Below are positions 25,787 through 35,668 of a stretch of DNA of 49,536 bases, piece after piece. Location: assembly GCA_047639355.1 (NCBI GenBank), contig JBLIOC010000003.1:1-49536 (forward strand). Reading direction: 5' to 3'. The stretch comes from Minisyncoccia bacterium (GTDB lineage: Bacteria; Patescibacteriota; Minisyncoccia; Phycocordibacterales; UBA918). The translations under genes were made by a program, and so were the position numbers. The stretch's first letter is position 1. Each line of letters starts with the position of its first letter. The notes beneath the pieces are model-generated. The model was not told the origin of the DNA. It did no database searches and saw nothing but the letters and a program-made list of their open reading frames with translations.

Positions 25787-26917
25787 TTATGATGTAATCT
25801 CTTTATACATAGACGTATACTGTTCGGTAATTTTTTCCCATGTATGTTTTTCCGCATACTCTCTGCCAGCTTTGCCAAAGTCATTCCTCATTTTTTCATC
25901 ATCGAGTAGTTTAATTATATTTTCGGCAATTTTTTCAACATCATCTTCTGGAGCAATTAAACCAGTTACTCCATCTAGAAGAGCGTCTGAAATCCCTCCC
26001 GCGTCTGCCCCTACTGACGGCTTACGGCATGCGGCTGCTTCCAAATAAACGATACCAAAGCCCTCAAATTGAAAACCGCCACTAACTCGCGGAGTATGTA
26101 CATATACATCACAAATATGAAAGTAATCTAATATGTCTATATCTGACACTTGACCAACAATCTCAATATTATTTAATACTCCTAACTTTTTAGCAAGCTC
26201 GCTTATAGATATTTTATCTGTTGGGGTTCCTACCATAACGTAGGTTACATCCGGGTGTTTCTGAACAATTTTTGGCAATGCTTTAACCACTAAAGCCTGA
26301 CCCTTTCTGTTCTTTAATGCACCAACTGTGAGTAACACTTTTTTAGTTTTATAAGATTTAAATTTATCTATACTTTTTACTTCATGATTTAAAAAACGTT
26401 CATAATTTACTCCATTATGAATTACCTTAATATAATAATTTTCTCCAGCTTCTTTCAGAATAGCATTTTTAGTATACTGACTTGGAACATGAATCATGCG
26501 AGCATTTCTATAAGCAAATTTCATAAATACTCTTTCAGGAAATGTTGTAAGTGGCTGCACTCCATATGTTCCTTGGGCTCCAACTATACAAGGAATGCCA
26601 AATCTTTTTGCCTCCCTTACCAATAACGGTGCGTACGGGAATGCAAATAAGCTATGAACAATATCAAAATTTTTATCTGTTTTATACCTCCAAAATAAAT
26701 ACTTTAAAAAATGTCTACTTTTACATGCAAATATATATGGAGGTAATACCCTTTCAATATTTACACCTTCAATATCATATTCCGAAAACTCATCATCATG
26801 CGGTAAAAGTAATGTCACATTATGTCCGTCATTTTTTAACTCTTTAACTAATTCATAAGTTATGTTACCGTAGCCATTTTTTACGTCCAGGGTTGAGGAT
26901 GAAATTAATATTTTCAT
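25787..26917 (-). CDS. Glycosyltransferase family 4
   Basis: VIHNGV, LLTVGALKNRKG, EGFGIVYLEAAACRKP, DGVTG. Start taken at MKILISS. Confidence 0.92.
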   Translation of the reverse strand: MKILISSSTLDVKNGYGNITYELVKELKNDGHNVTLLLPHDDEFSEYDIEGVNIERVLPPYIFACKSRHFLKYLFWRYKTDKNFDIVHSLFAFPYAPLLVREAKRFGIPCIVGAQGTYGVQPLTTFPERVFMKFAYRNARMIHVPSQYTKNAILKEAGENYYIKVIHNGVNYERFLNHEVKSIDKFKSYKTKKVLLTVGALKNRKGQALVVKALPKIVQKHPDVTYVMVGTPTDKISISELAKKLGVLNNIEIVGQVSDIDILDYFHICDVYVHTPRVSGGFQFEGFGIVYLEAAACRKPSVGADAGGISDALLDGVTGLIAPEDDVEKIAENIIKLLDDEKMRNDFGKAGREYAEKHTWEKITEQYTSMYKEITS

Positions 26918-26976
26918 AATTGTTGATATGGATTCTACCATAAAAAACACGGCTCTGGTAAGCCGTGTTACATACA

Positions 26977-27522
26977 CTAAACAGTTGATAGAAAGGAACG
27001 ATACATGTCTACTATGACCGCCCGAACTTCTTGAGTACCATTGTACCTAAGTAAGCCATAAGCACTGTCGTATTCAGACGAGTCAAGTAGGATATGGTTT
27101 ATTTCAGCCTCACTAACTTTACAAAAGTGTAATAATATAAAATCCAACCTAGCTTCTCCTGGACGCTCCCTTGTATCAGACCATTGATGAAAAAACGAAT
27201 CTAAAAACATAACCTGTTGCGGTATAAGATTAATTTCTCTCTCTAAAATGCGGCTAATATTTTGTGCCGGTGTTAAATTAGCGTTAAGAGTTCCCCCATT
27301 CCACCACCAACCTGCCGCACAAGAATGCTTTCGATAAGCAAGAACAAAGCAATTATTCTCATCGACCAAAACCACATCTGTACATACAACTGTAAATTTT
27401 TTAGTCGCAGATGACAACTCTTGTTCGGTTAGCCAAGGATTACCGAACACAGGAAGTTGGTTTTCAACATAAAACTTAGGATACTCCTTCCCTTCGGGTA
27501 TGACTATCTCAACATCGGACAT
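26977..27522 (-). CDS. NUDIX-fold protein, GDP-mannose mannosyl hydrolase-like
   Basis: VCTDVVLVD...VLAYRK...GWWWNGG...ISRILEREINL, a degenerate Nudix box. Confidence 0.65.
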   Translation of the reverse strand: MSDVEIVIPEGKEYPKFYVENQLPVFGNPWLTEQELSSATKKFTVVCTDVVLVDENNCFVLAYRKHSCAAGWWWNGGTLNANLTPAQNISRILEREINLIPQQVMFLDSFFHQWSDTRERPGEARLDFILLHFCKVSEAEINHILLDSSEYDSAYGLLRYNGTQEVRAVIVDMYRSFLSTV

Positions 27523-27621
27523 ATTAACCTCCTTAAAAGAACTTAATTTTAACTAATGAAAGCACGATTATAACTATTCGTCAACCATACTTTATAAAAC
27601 AGTATTTTATATCCCGTAACT

Positions 27622-28614
27622 TTACCGACCCTTAATCCACTCAGCCACAATAGGTAGACCCTCCTCTAGAGTCACTCTTGGTTCCCACCCAATTTTATCT
27701 CTAATCTTTGAAATATCTACTTCCCTTCTGAGAGCAGTATTTGCTCTTGTTGGTACTTCAACAAAAGCAAATGTTCGCTCGTCACCGTACATACTCCAAA
27801 TTTTTTCTGCTAAATTTAGAATTGTGTAATGAGTATCATTTCCAATGTTAAAATCTTCCTGCATAACCTCTTTTGATCCGAGACAAGCTCTATCTATTAG
27901 TTCGGCTGTTGCCGTAACAGCATCATCTACATATGTAAATGGACGAGTCGACTCAGGGTCACCAATCAATTCAAGCGGATATTGTTTTTTTACTAAAACT
28001 TTTTCTAGTAATGCAGGGATCACGTGAATATCACCCGGCGTAGCTCCCTTCGAATCTTCACCTGGACCATATATGTTGTGGTAGCGCAGGATGGTGAATG
28101 GTAAGCCATACTGTTCATAAAAAGACCTACAAAAATACTCACCAGACAATTTTGAATATCCGTAGACATTTTTTGGCGGATTTATTTTTTCTACATCATC
28201 TTCAGTATAAGGAAACTTTGGCGGATACTGAAACACCATTGAGCTCGAAGAGTATATAACGTGCTGCACTCCACTTTTTACCATTGCTGGATATATCGCA
28301 GCATCAATCTGACTATTATTTACTAAAATCTCAGCCTGATGATCATGCATGTAAGTTAAAGAGCCGATATCGGCAGCTAAATGCATTACAACATCAACCC
28401 CCGCCAATGCCTTTTCTGCCTCAGCCGGAATACGTAAATCATGTTCACGAAATTCTACTCCAGCCGGCAAAACTAAATTTCGTTCCTTTGGAGTAACTAT
28501 GTCAATACATATAAGAGAATGGCCACGTCTTTTTAATTCAGAAATTAACCTCGAGCCTACATATCCAGTACCACCAGTAACTCCAATTATTTTTGGGATT
28601 GTATTTTCATTCAT
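27622..28614 (-). CDS. NAD-dependent nucleotide-sugar epimerase/dehydratase (extended SDR)
   Basis: VTGGTGYVGS, HLAA, YSSSS, YGYSK, RYHNIYGP, TRPFTYVDD. Confidence 0.93.
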   Translation of the reverse strand: MNENTIPKIIGVTGGTGYVGSRLISELKRRGHSLICIDIVTPKERNLVLPAGVEFREHDLRIPAEAEKALAGVDVVMHLAADIGSLTYMHDHQAEILVNNSQIDAAIYPAMVKSGVQHVIYSSSSMVFQYPPKFPYTEDDVEKINPPKNVYGYSKLSGEYFCRSFYEQYGLPFTILRYHNIYGPGEDSKGATPGDIHVIPALLEKVLVKKQYPLELIGDPESTRPFTYVDDAVTATAELIDRACLGSKEVMQEDFNIGNDTHYTILNLAEKIWSMYGDERTFAFVEVPTRANTALRREVDISKIRDKIGWEPRVTLEEGLPIVAEWIKGR

Positions 28615-28616
28615 AT

Positions 28617-29948
28617 CTAAAATGTCTTATAGCTTAGGTTAGCATAATCTACTCCATGAACACTGCTTTTTATTTTTCCTGCAAACAATCCCCAAGTATC
28701 AATTAGTAGTTGTTCTCCTTTTCGTTTTCTTAATACATCTAACACATTTTTATCTGCATACATTTGGTCTCCATGCATAAACACTATAATGTCGCCACAC
28801 GTAATCGCATCTTCAAATTGTTCGATTTCTTTTATACCATGTTCAGTATATACATTAGATAAAACATGAGGGTCATATGCGTAAATATCATCTATCCCTG
28901 CGTTTTGTAATTCTTTAACCAGTTCAATTGACGGAGAAAAGCGTACATCAGAAGTAGGTGGGGAACTTTTAAAAGCTAAACCGACAACCACAACAGTTAC
29001 GTCACTTATGCCTAAATGACGAATAAATGAATCTGCAATATCCGCAACGTGCTTAGGCATAGCCGAATTAATTATTCTACCAGCATGCATAAGATTCATG
29101 ATATCTTTATTTTCACTACAGCCCTGAGCATACAAATACGGATCTTTAGTTAGACAATATCCGCCAACTCCCGGACTAGGTAAAGGTATATGGTTTCGTT
29201 CATAATTTTGATTAGCTGCCGTGATTAATTCATACACATCTACATTATGCTTAGATGCAGCTAATGCAATACTATTTGAAAATGCAAAAGTAAGATCACG
29301 ATACGAATTACTTATCAATTTCACCATTTCAGCACTTTCCAATGTATCAACAGTAATCACTTCTTGTGAAACCTTACTGAAAAAATCAGAAATTATTCTT
29401 GTTCCAGCACTACTACTTGCTGCCACTACTTGGGGTAGTGTACGCAGCTCCTCAATCGCCTTACCTTCTATAGTACGTTCCGGTGCAAAACCGACAAATA
29501 TTTCATTCCCCACGGTAAAACCAGTCAATTTTTCTAGCATAGGAATTACACGCTGATTTGTGGTTCCAGCTATCACTGTTGATCTGAGCACAACAACATC
29601 TCCAGACTTAATAACTTTTGCAATATCCTCTATAGCCGAATCCAATTGACAATAATCTGCATCACCGTTAGTAGTAAGTGAAGTGCCCACCGCAATCACA
29701 AAAATACTATTCTCATTTGATTTTGTAGCGGGAATTTCAGTTACAAATTCTAAAGAGTCCTCAACCTCCTTTAGTAGTTCGACAAGACCATTCTCATGAA
29801 AATGTGGATTATGTTTCTTTAATTGGGAAATTATCACTTCGTTAGGATCTACTCCGACTACAGAAAATCCTACTTTAGCATTAACTGCTGCTAAAGTTAG
29901 TCCTACATATCCCATGCCAAGTACTACTAATCTATATTCATCAATCAT
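28617..29948 (-). CDS. Nucleotide-sugar dehydrogenase (UDP-ManNAc/UDP-GlcNAc 6-dehydrogenase family)
   Basis: GMGYVG, LRSTV, FAPERTIEG, AEMVKLISNSYRD, PSPGVGGYCLTKDP, GLAFK, DVRFSPS. Confidence 0.93.
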   Translation of the reverse strand: MIDEYRLVVLGMGYVGLTLAAVNAKVGFSVVGVDPNEVIISQLKKHNPHFHENGLVELLKEVEDSLEFVTEIPATKSNENSIFVIAVGTSLTTNGDADYCQLDSAIEDIAKVIKSGDVVVLRSTVIAGTTNQRVIPMLEKLTGFTVGNEIFVGFAPERTIEGKAIEELRTLPQVVAASSSAGTRIISDFFSKVSQEVITVDTLESAEMVKLISNSYRDLTFAFSNSIALAASKHNVDVYELITAANQNYERNHIPLPSPGVGGYCLTKDPYLYAQGCSENKDIMNLMHAGRIINSAMPKHVADIADSFIRHLGISDVTVVVVGLAFKSSPPTSDVRFSPSIELVKELQNAGIDDIYAYDPHVLSNVYTEHGIKEIEQFEDAITCGDIIVFMHGDQMYADKNVLDVLRKRKGEQLLIDTWGLFAGKIKSSVHGVDYANLSYKTF

Positions 29949-30013
29949 AAACTGGTTCCTATTATTTAAGTTTGAGTAATTTTATTGCACATTTTTCCAC
30001 TAAAACTTAGCCA

Positions 30014-30297
30014 CTAATTGCTTTCTTCAGAATTTACTGCCACTAAATAATAACCGTTAGTAATAAGGGTATTTACTTTCTTTTTCTTTTCTATATTACC
30101 ATACTGGTTTTCATTACAAAATTTAACTTACCAAAAGCAAAAGCTAATCCGTATATAATAACATTCATAAACTTACCTCTAACGACCTCTGTTTGGAATC
30201 CGACTCGTTGGATTAATGCTCCAATAGCTGACATCGTTTGTGTTTCTGGAATAAGTTCTACAGTGTCCCTGTATTTAAATAAATGTTTGAGACCGTA
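30014..30297 (-). pseudogene. Decayed 3' half of a class I methyltransferase (in repeat B copy 1)
   Basis: YGLKHLFKYRDTVELIPETQTMSAIGALIQRVGFQT...GYYLVA; homologous to 35726-36025. Confidence 0.7.
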
Positions 30298-30539
30298 GAG
30301 CCCAAAACTTGGAACCACTACACGGTTGGGCTATAGAGGCCTCACGGAGAATAAATAAGCTTAATATTGGAAAATCGGCTCTAATTTAGCATGTTTATCT
30401 ATCACACGGATGTAGCTGAACAGTAAATATACTCCACTGGGTAAAGGACGCTCAAACCTGAGTGAGGGTAATGGTGTGATTTAGTATTCTACGCCGTGCT
30501 TCCCTGTAATGAGCTCTGGATCTATGATTGCACTATTAT
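30039..30539. repeat. Direct repeat B, copy 1 (partner 35736-36269)
   Basis: Colinear with 35736-36269 apart from a ~30-bp indel near 30297. 30480-30539 is identical to 36210-36269 over 60 bp, which is the 3' end of the DUF4956 gene. Confidence 0.95.
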
Positions 30540-31149
30540 CCTTAAGCAATCCAATCAGCTCACTAGAGCGATTGGAGTCATCAAGTGCAACAGAATAAAC
30601 AAAATGGAACATATCGTTAAAGTTTTTTGCCTGTAATAATTCGTAATCTGATACAGATCCTGAAAAAATCTTATCAAGAGTTTCCTTGGTTATATTTGAT
30701 GTTGAGTTAAAAGTCAAAATAAAGCCAAATGATTCTGCCCTGTCACCAAACTCCCTGGTATGTAAGAAAAAAATAATTCCAATAATTAGTAAGCAGCCAA
30801 CAAGTGCGACGTCGTAGCTACCGGTACCAACAGAAACACCTACTGTCAGCGACAGGAATACAAAGGCTATGTCGCGAGTTTCTTTTACGATTGTTCTGAA
30901 ACGAATTAAAGAAAATGCTCCAAGCAAAGCAAATGCTCCAACTATATTCTGCTGAACGACCATCATAATCATCGTACCAACCACCCCAATGATGACCAGA
31001 GTAAAAAGAAAAGAGGGTGAATATGAAAGCCCTTTGTGTGTTTTACGGTAAACCCAGACTATGGCAAGCTGCAAAACAAAAGAAAAAAGAAGATTGAAAA
31101 TAACTATTGGCAATGAAGCCTCTGCTACTTGTAGACTTAATAGATCCAT
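30481..31149 (-). CDS. DUF4956 family membrane protein (MgtC/SapB-like TM region plus ACT-like soluble tail)
   Basis: YRKTHKGLSYSPSF, NIVGAFALLGAFSLIRFRTIVKETRDIAFVF, GVSVGTG; directly downstream of a VTC gene. Confidence 0.9.
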   Translation of the reverse strand: MDLLSLQVAEASLPIVIFNLLFSFVLQLAIVWVYRKTHKGLSYSPSFLFTLVIIGVVGTMIMMVVQQNIVGAFALLGAFSLIRFRTIVKETRDIAFVFLSLTVGVSVGTGSYDVALVGCLLIIGIIFFLHTREFGDRAESFGFILTFNSTSNITKETLDKIFSGSVSDYELLQAKNFNDMFHFVYSVALDDSNRSSELIGLLKDNSAIIDPELITGKHGVEY

Positions 31150-31156
31150 AAATTAA

Positions 31157-31861
31157 TTACCGGTGAATATGATTAGGCTTTTTTAACGTGTCGACTGACT
31201 CTGAATATTTTGAAAATGGTTGTCTAGAGAGTTCAAACTGTAGTGTAATGTATTTGAACCACCATGGTAGAGAATCAGCGAATTTTATCTCCATTATTAC
31301 ACTATCGCTAACTGAAGTCAGTGACGAGTATGTCATATTCCTGTCTGCCTGGCAAGTTTCAATGTTTCGATCAAAAGTGAGTCTGACTTTTGATTTAAAA
31401 GTCTGTTCATAAGCGCTTCTGTCGTATCTAACGATGATATGAGGACGGTAACCTTGTGAATAGTATAAATGTTTAAACTCCCTCAATTCTTTATTTTGCT
31501 CAGTATTGACAAGCAAAGCATCCATATGTTGTGAAGTAAGGAGCATACTGGAATGAGTAATACGCGATTTTATCTTCACAATATTCATGTCATATTTCTC
31601 TTTGATCTCAAAATTCATTAGTTGCGGCTCCGTGGTGAACCATTGTCCGTATGTCCGAACGCGTAATTTTTTTCTTTTTTTGTATCCGCCCAACTTATCA
31701 TGAAAATCAGTAAACTGTGGAGTATCAAAATATAGTGAAGTTACAGAATAACTCCCATTTTGCGAGACATCCTTAGCCATTCCAATCTTTTGAACAAAAT
31801 GTTCAATTGTTGCCGCCTGATGCCTAGTTAATATGTATTTAAATTCGTGACGACTGGACAT
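31157..31861 (-). CDS. VTC-domain (polyphosphate polymerase / CYTH-TTM superfamily) protein
   Basis: RHEFKY, YSVTSLYFDT, RKKLRVRTY, FEIKEK, VRYDRSAY, RLTFDRNI, IMEIKF, FSKY. Confidence 0.92.
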   Translation of the reverse strand: MSSRHEFKYILTRHQAATIEHFVQKIGMAKDVSQNGSYSVTSLYFDTPQFTDFHDKLGGYKKRKKLRVRTYGQWFTTEPQLMNFEIKEKYDMNIVKIKSRITHSSMLLTSQHMDALLVNTEQNKELREFKHLYYSQGYRPHIIVRYDRSAYEQTFKSKVRLTFDRNIETCQADRNMTYSSLTSVSDSVIMEIKFADSLPWWFKYITLQFELSRQPFSKYSESVDTLKKPNHIHR

Positions 31862-33617
31862 GGATTATTGGTTCAATTAGTACTCCTGTTACAGAGTTAT
31901 AAGTTTGGATATTAACTGTTTCTATGTCGAAGGTAGCTAAACTAGAGGTTGTAAATAAGAATTTTGTTTTTGTAACATTTACCTTCACTGGCCCGGTGGA
32001 CCCGCTTACTTCTCGGTCTGAATTCAGCACAATGCCAACATCGCTGTTATAGTACGTATCACCGTTCTGTTTTAATTTAGCAATGAATTGGTCTCCACTG
32101 TCAAGCAGGCCATCTTCATTCACATCTGCGTACATACTGAGTTCTAAGGACGGATTCGATAATTGGCCTGTAAGTGTAACTCCATGAACCATTATCCCAC
32201 TAGCGCTTTGGTGTGATAATTCCATCACTACGGGAACTAGAGACAGGTCAAGTTCTTGAGTTACTGTCAAACCAAGAGTTGCTCTGCTTAGTTGTTGTTT
32301 CAGGAAATAAAAATTTTGTTTAATGATAGAACGCGTACGCATGATGTCATTTTCAGCCACTTCATTTCTCCATAATTTTAATGAATCATTAAATAGTGAT
32401 GACTTTACCTCATCATACGTCTTATCATAGAAAGAAAGATCTTCGGTCAAGTTATAGTCGTCTGATACGTACTCCCAAAGTCTCTTGTTTCTTTCATCCC
32501 TATACTCTGAAATATTCAGAACCCTAGTAACCAAAGGATTATAGTCGTAGTCTATATCGTAAAATTCAGGATTATTTGTGAATTCGGGAAGCTGAAATAA
32601 AGAACTGTACAAAGTTAAGCTGACATCCCAAGGTATCATAAAAAACTTTTTTAGTTCGTTATTGAAGAATAATCTAGCATTATGAATATCGCCCTGATGA
32701 GTGCTGCCAGACAATATTGAGTGCAGCATCCAATTAATGAAAGTGTCTATATCAAGAACATCATCAATATTTTCCTTGAATTCTGCGTCGCTGGAGTTAT
32801 TTATCAAATTTAGTAAATAATCAAGGTCTGAGAAATCATCTTCTTCTCCCTGTATGCTTATATATTTTTTCCAGAAAAAGCTTGAGGTAAAAATCTTATC
32901 CTCAAGATTTTTTTCACCGTACAAATTTCCATTAGAAGTCCCGAATGATTTTTCCAAATAATCCGTAGTCCAACCTTCCTGCTGATAGTATAGTGCATTT
33001 GGACCATTGTTTATTGAAAGAAGAACCATCTCATCTTTTGGAACAGGTAGACCAAGTTTGCTCGCACGGTACCCATTAAAAAATTCACCAATATATAGTC
33101 GATCAAAAGGAACTATTAATTTTATTTCAGACTGGTCATTGAGTAAATCGTCTGACTTGAACCTGATAGTCCATGATTTCTTGTCATTGAACCAATGGCG
33201 CCATTTATCTCCTCTATACCCAACCCTTACTTGTCTTGGCAATGAGTCAGCAATAAATATAGCGTCGACCTTTTCTCTGTTAGCGCTTGTCAGGAACTCC
33301 GATGGATTTGTAGGAAGAGCTAAAGACAGTTTTGCTAAATCCTTATCTGAAATTTGCAAATCATATTTCGTAAGGTCAGAAGACCTAAATATATAAAGGG
33401 AAAAAGGTAAATCCCGAACATCATCAACTATTGACCTAATGGGAGCGGGGATTTCCGTTACGAGCTTAGCGCGAGGGATACCTAGAAAATATGCATACGC
33501 AAGTACAACGCTAACAATAGCGGTAACCACAACTCCAGCAAACAATATTCCAAAAATCCACGCGTGGTATCTACGTACGGAGATCTCTGTGTTTAGTTTT
33601 TTTAATAGACTCTGCAT
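31839..33617 (-). CDS. CotH kinase family protein, N-terminally membrane-anchored
   Basis: One TM, then VGYRG, KKSWTIRF, IGEFF, LSINN...LYYQQE, GNLY, LDIDTFINW, HNARLFF...FFMIPWD. C-terminal DVNEDGLLDSGD is a Ca-binding-like loop. Confidence 0.85.
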   Translation of the reverse strand: MQSLLKKLNTEISVRRYHAWIFGILFAGVVVTAIVSVVLAYAYFLGIPRAKLVTEIPAPIRSIVDDVRDLPFSLYIFRSSDLTKYDLQISDKDLAKLSLALPTNPSEFLTSANREKVDAIFIADSLPRQVRVGYRGDKWRHWFNDKKSWTIRFKSDDLLNDQSEIKLIVPFDRLYIGEFFNGYRASKLGLPVPKDEMVLLSINNGPNALYYQQEGWTTDYLEKSFGTSNGNLYGEKNLEDKIFTSSFFWKKYISIQGEEDDFSDLDYLLNLINNSSDAEFKENIDDVLDIDTFINWMLHSILSGSTHQGDIHNARLFFNNELKKFFMIPWDVSLTLYSSLFQLPEFTNNPEFYDIDYDYNPLVTRVLNISEYRDERNKRLWEYVSDDYNLTEDLSFYDKTYDEVKSSLFNDSLKLWRNEVAENDIMRTRSIIKQNFYFLKQQLSRATLGLTVTQELDLSLVPVVMELSHQSASGIMVHGVTLTGQLSNPSLELSMYADVNEDGLLDSGDQFIAKLKQNGDTYYNSDVGIVLNSDREVSGSTGPVKVNVTKTKFLFTTSSLATFDIETVNIQTYNSVTGVLIEPIIHVQSSRI

Positions 33618-35668
33618 TATTCATTAATTAACATAACCGACTTGCCGTCATTTTCGTATTCTATAAGCACGTCTGAGAACTCCGAACGAAAGACTCTAGC
33701 TACTGAAGGTCCGAATACAGGTTTTTTTACGTACACGGAAATTCCGACCCTGTCGTCAATGAAGACGTTATCCTCGATGACTGAGTCTGATCGGTCCTTT
33801 ACTGCAATGCCGATGTCACATCCTTGAATTGTATTGCTGGTAATCCTTGGATTTGATGATTCTCCTACGCTTATACCCTTATCGGTGCAGCCAAGTATAT
33901 TATTATCGGATATTTCTATACTACTCCAACTAAGGTCTATACCGTCACCACCTCCTCCATAACCATTCTCCAGCAAATCATTATTTTTTATTACGGTGTT
34001 ATCTTTTGCAAAATCAATATCAATCGCATCAGAAAAGTTATCACTAAACACAGATGTGGTTACGCTTGCTCTACCGAACTTTATGTTTAAAGCATCGTCA
34101 TCGCCAGCATTTGAAAAAGTAGAGCTTGCAACATCTACATTAGCATTATGGAACGCAACCATACCTGTATATGTCACACCATTTACCACATCTCCTGAAC
34201 CTCCACTAAATCTTGCATACTGGAGCAAGCTATCTTCTGGGGTATTTATAACTGCAACAGTCCCCCAAGTAGCACTACGAAGTCCTGCAAAATTTACTGG
34301 AAAATCTTCTGTGCCCAGAATTGTTATAGGACTATAGGAGATTATCGAGACACCACTGTCGAGTAACGCATTTGCGCCCGCTTGTACAACTAACTTGAGT
34401 CCAAGTGGAATGATGGCTGTTTCTCTAAAAACAGATCTCCCGGGTTGGAGAATAATAGTATTATTTTTCCCTGAAGCAAATTGTAAGTTAGTCGATAAGA
34501 AAGCCTCTTTATCATAAAATATTTCATCGATTCTATCGAACAATATAGGCAGATCATATAAAGATACATCACTCGATGACTCATATGAATTATCGGAAAA
34601 AACTAAATCTTGTGAAATTGAATCCAGCACAGATTCTTTTGTTCTAAGAATGGCACCGCCAGTAGTATTTTTACTAAAGTCCTTCAGTATACTTCTTGTG
34701 CTGAGACCTTGTATCTCACTAAAGGTAGACCTTTCATCATCTATGCGCTTTTGATTGTCAGTAAAACCTTTTGCTAACTTATCACGAGAATCTCTAAATT
34801 TATCGATTGAAAATACTCTCTGTGATAATGTATCTGTACTACAGTTACTATCAATTGATACATACTGAAACCTTCCGGTCGCGGTGTTATAAAGCATTGT
34901 CGTTTGACTTGAAGTTAACCTTTCTGAGCTAGCCTGTATAATGACGCAGCGATAGAGACTATCGATATCAAGAATGGAACCAATCGTGCGTACAAAATCT
35001 TCGTCCGATGTTTTGTACAAAATATTTTCTAGGGTCTGTAGCATTCCATCTTGTGCCTCACCAAACAATACTTCACTCTCAATTAATCCGTCTGGCACAA
35101 AGCTCATTGAAAAAACGCTACTGTCATCAGGCAAACGTAGGCCATCAAGCTTACTTTTATCCCATACCTGAATTGCCACAAACACACGGGATGCTGATCC
35201 GTTTAGTTTTAGATTTACTAACCGTGCCCCTGGAGAGAGGTAGTTTAGATTATCTGCTCGATAGGTATCAAATACGAGTCTGTAGTTCTCATTAGTCAGA
35301 GGGCTAAAAATAAAAGATCCGGCACCGTTGAAGGGCTGATCACTGGGCAAAGAAACAACAATAGTGTCGTCTATAGAGTGCTTTAATTTTGAAGTGGACT
35401 GATATTCGCCCCACTTAACGAGAACTTCTCCTTTTCCGTTAGTTTCCTGAATCACAACGAATGGAAGGTATTCGCCTCCGAGCAGACCAAAAGGAAGAAA
35501 CACCAAATCTGTAACTTTTATCAGGCTGTTATATACTCGAGCAAATTGTCTTTCAATGGCAGAGTTCTGGCCTGACGGATCTATGTATCCCGGAAGCGAA
35601 AAAGAGGCCACTAGCAAAGCAATGGCCAATATAATAATAATAAAAGTGTAACGCCACCGAAGCCTCAT
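33617..35668 (-). CDS. Membrane-anchored protein: degenerate CotH-like domain plus right-handed parallel beta-helix
   Basis: The N-half aligns with the neighbouring CotH (SDEDFVRTIGSILDIDSL versus SDAEFKENIDDVLDIDTF). The C-half has PbH1-type repeats GDDALNIK, SDAIDIDF, GDGIDLSWS, DKGISVGE, IGIAVKD. Confidence 0.8.
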   Translation of the reverse strand: MRLRWRYTFIIIILAIALLVASFSLPGYIDPSGQNSAIERQFARVYNSLIKVTDLVFLPFGLLGGEYLPFVVIQETNGKGEVLVKWGEYQSTSKLKHSIDDTIVVSLPSDQPFNGAGSFIFSPLTNENYRLVFDTYRADNLNYLSPGARLVNLKLNGSASRVFVAIQVWDKSKLDGLRLPDDSSVFSMSFVPDGLIESEVLFGEAQDGMLQTLENILYKTSDEDFVRTIGSILDIDSLYRCVIIQASSERLTSSQTTMLYNTATGRFQYVSIDSNCSTDTLSQRVFSIDKFRDSRDKLAKGFTDNQKRIDDERSTFSEIQGLSTRSILKDFSKNTTGGAILRTKESVLDSISQDLVFSDNSYESSSDVSLYDLPILFDRIDEIFYDKEAFLSTNLQFASGKNNTIILQPGRSVFRETAIIPLGLKLVVQAGANALLDSGVSIISYSPITILGTEDFPVNFAGLRSATWGTVAVINTPEDSLLQYARFSGGSGDVVNGVTYTGMVAFHNANVDVASSTFSNAGDDDALNIKFGRASVTTSVFSDNFSDAIDIDFAKDNTVIKNNDLLENGYGGGGDGIDLSWSSIEISDNNILGCTDKGISVGESSNPRITSNTIQGCDIGIAVKDRSDSVIEDNVFIDDRVGISVYVKKPVFGPSVARVFRSEFSDVLIEYENDGKSVMLINE

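Noticed and set aside
30091-30318. 75-aa ORF, and also 35921..36118 on the plus strand
   Set aside because: Both are pieces or antisense frames of the decayed methyltransferase within repeat B.
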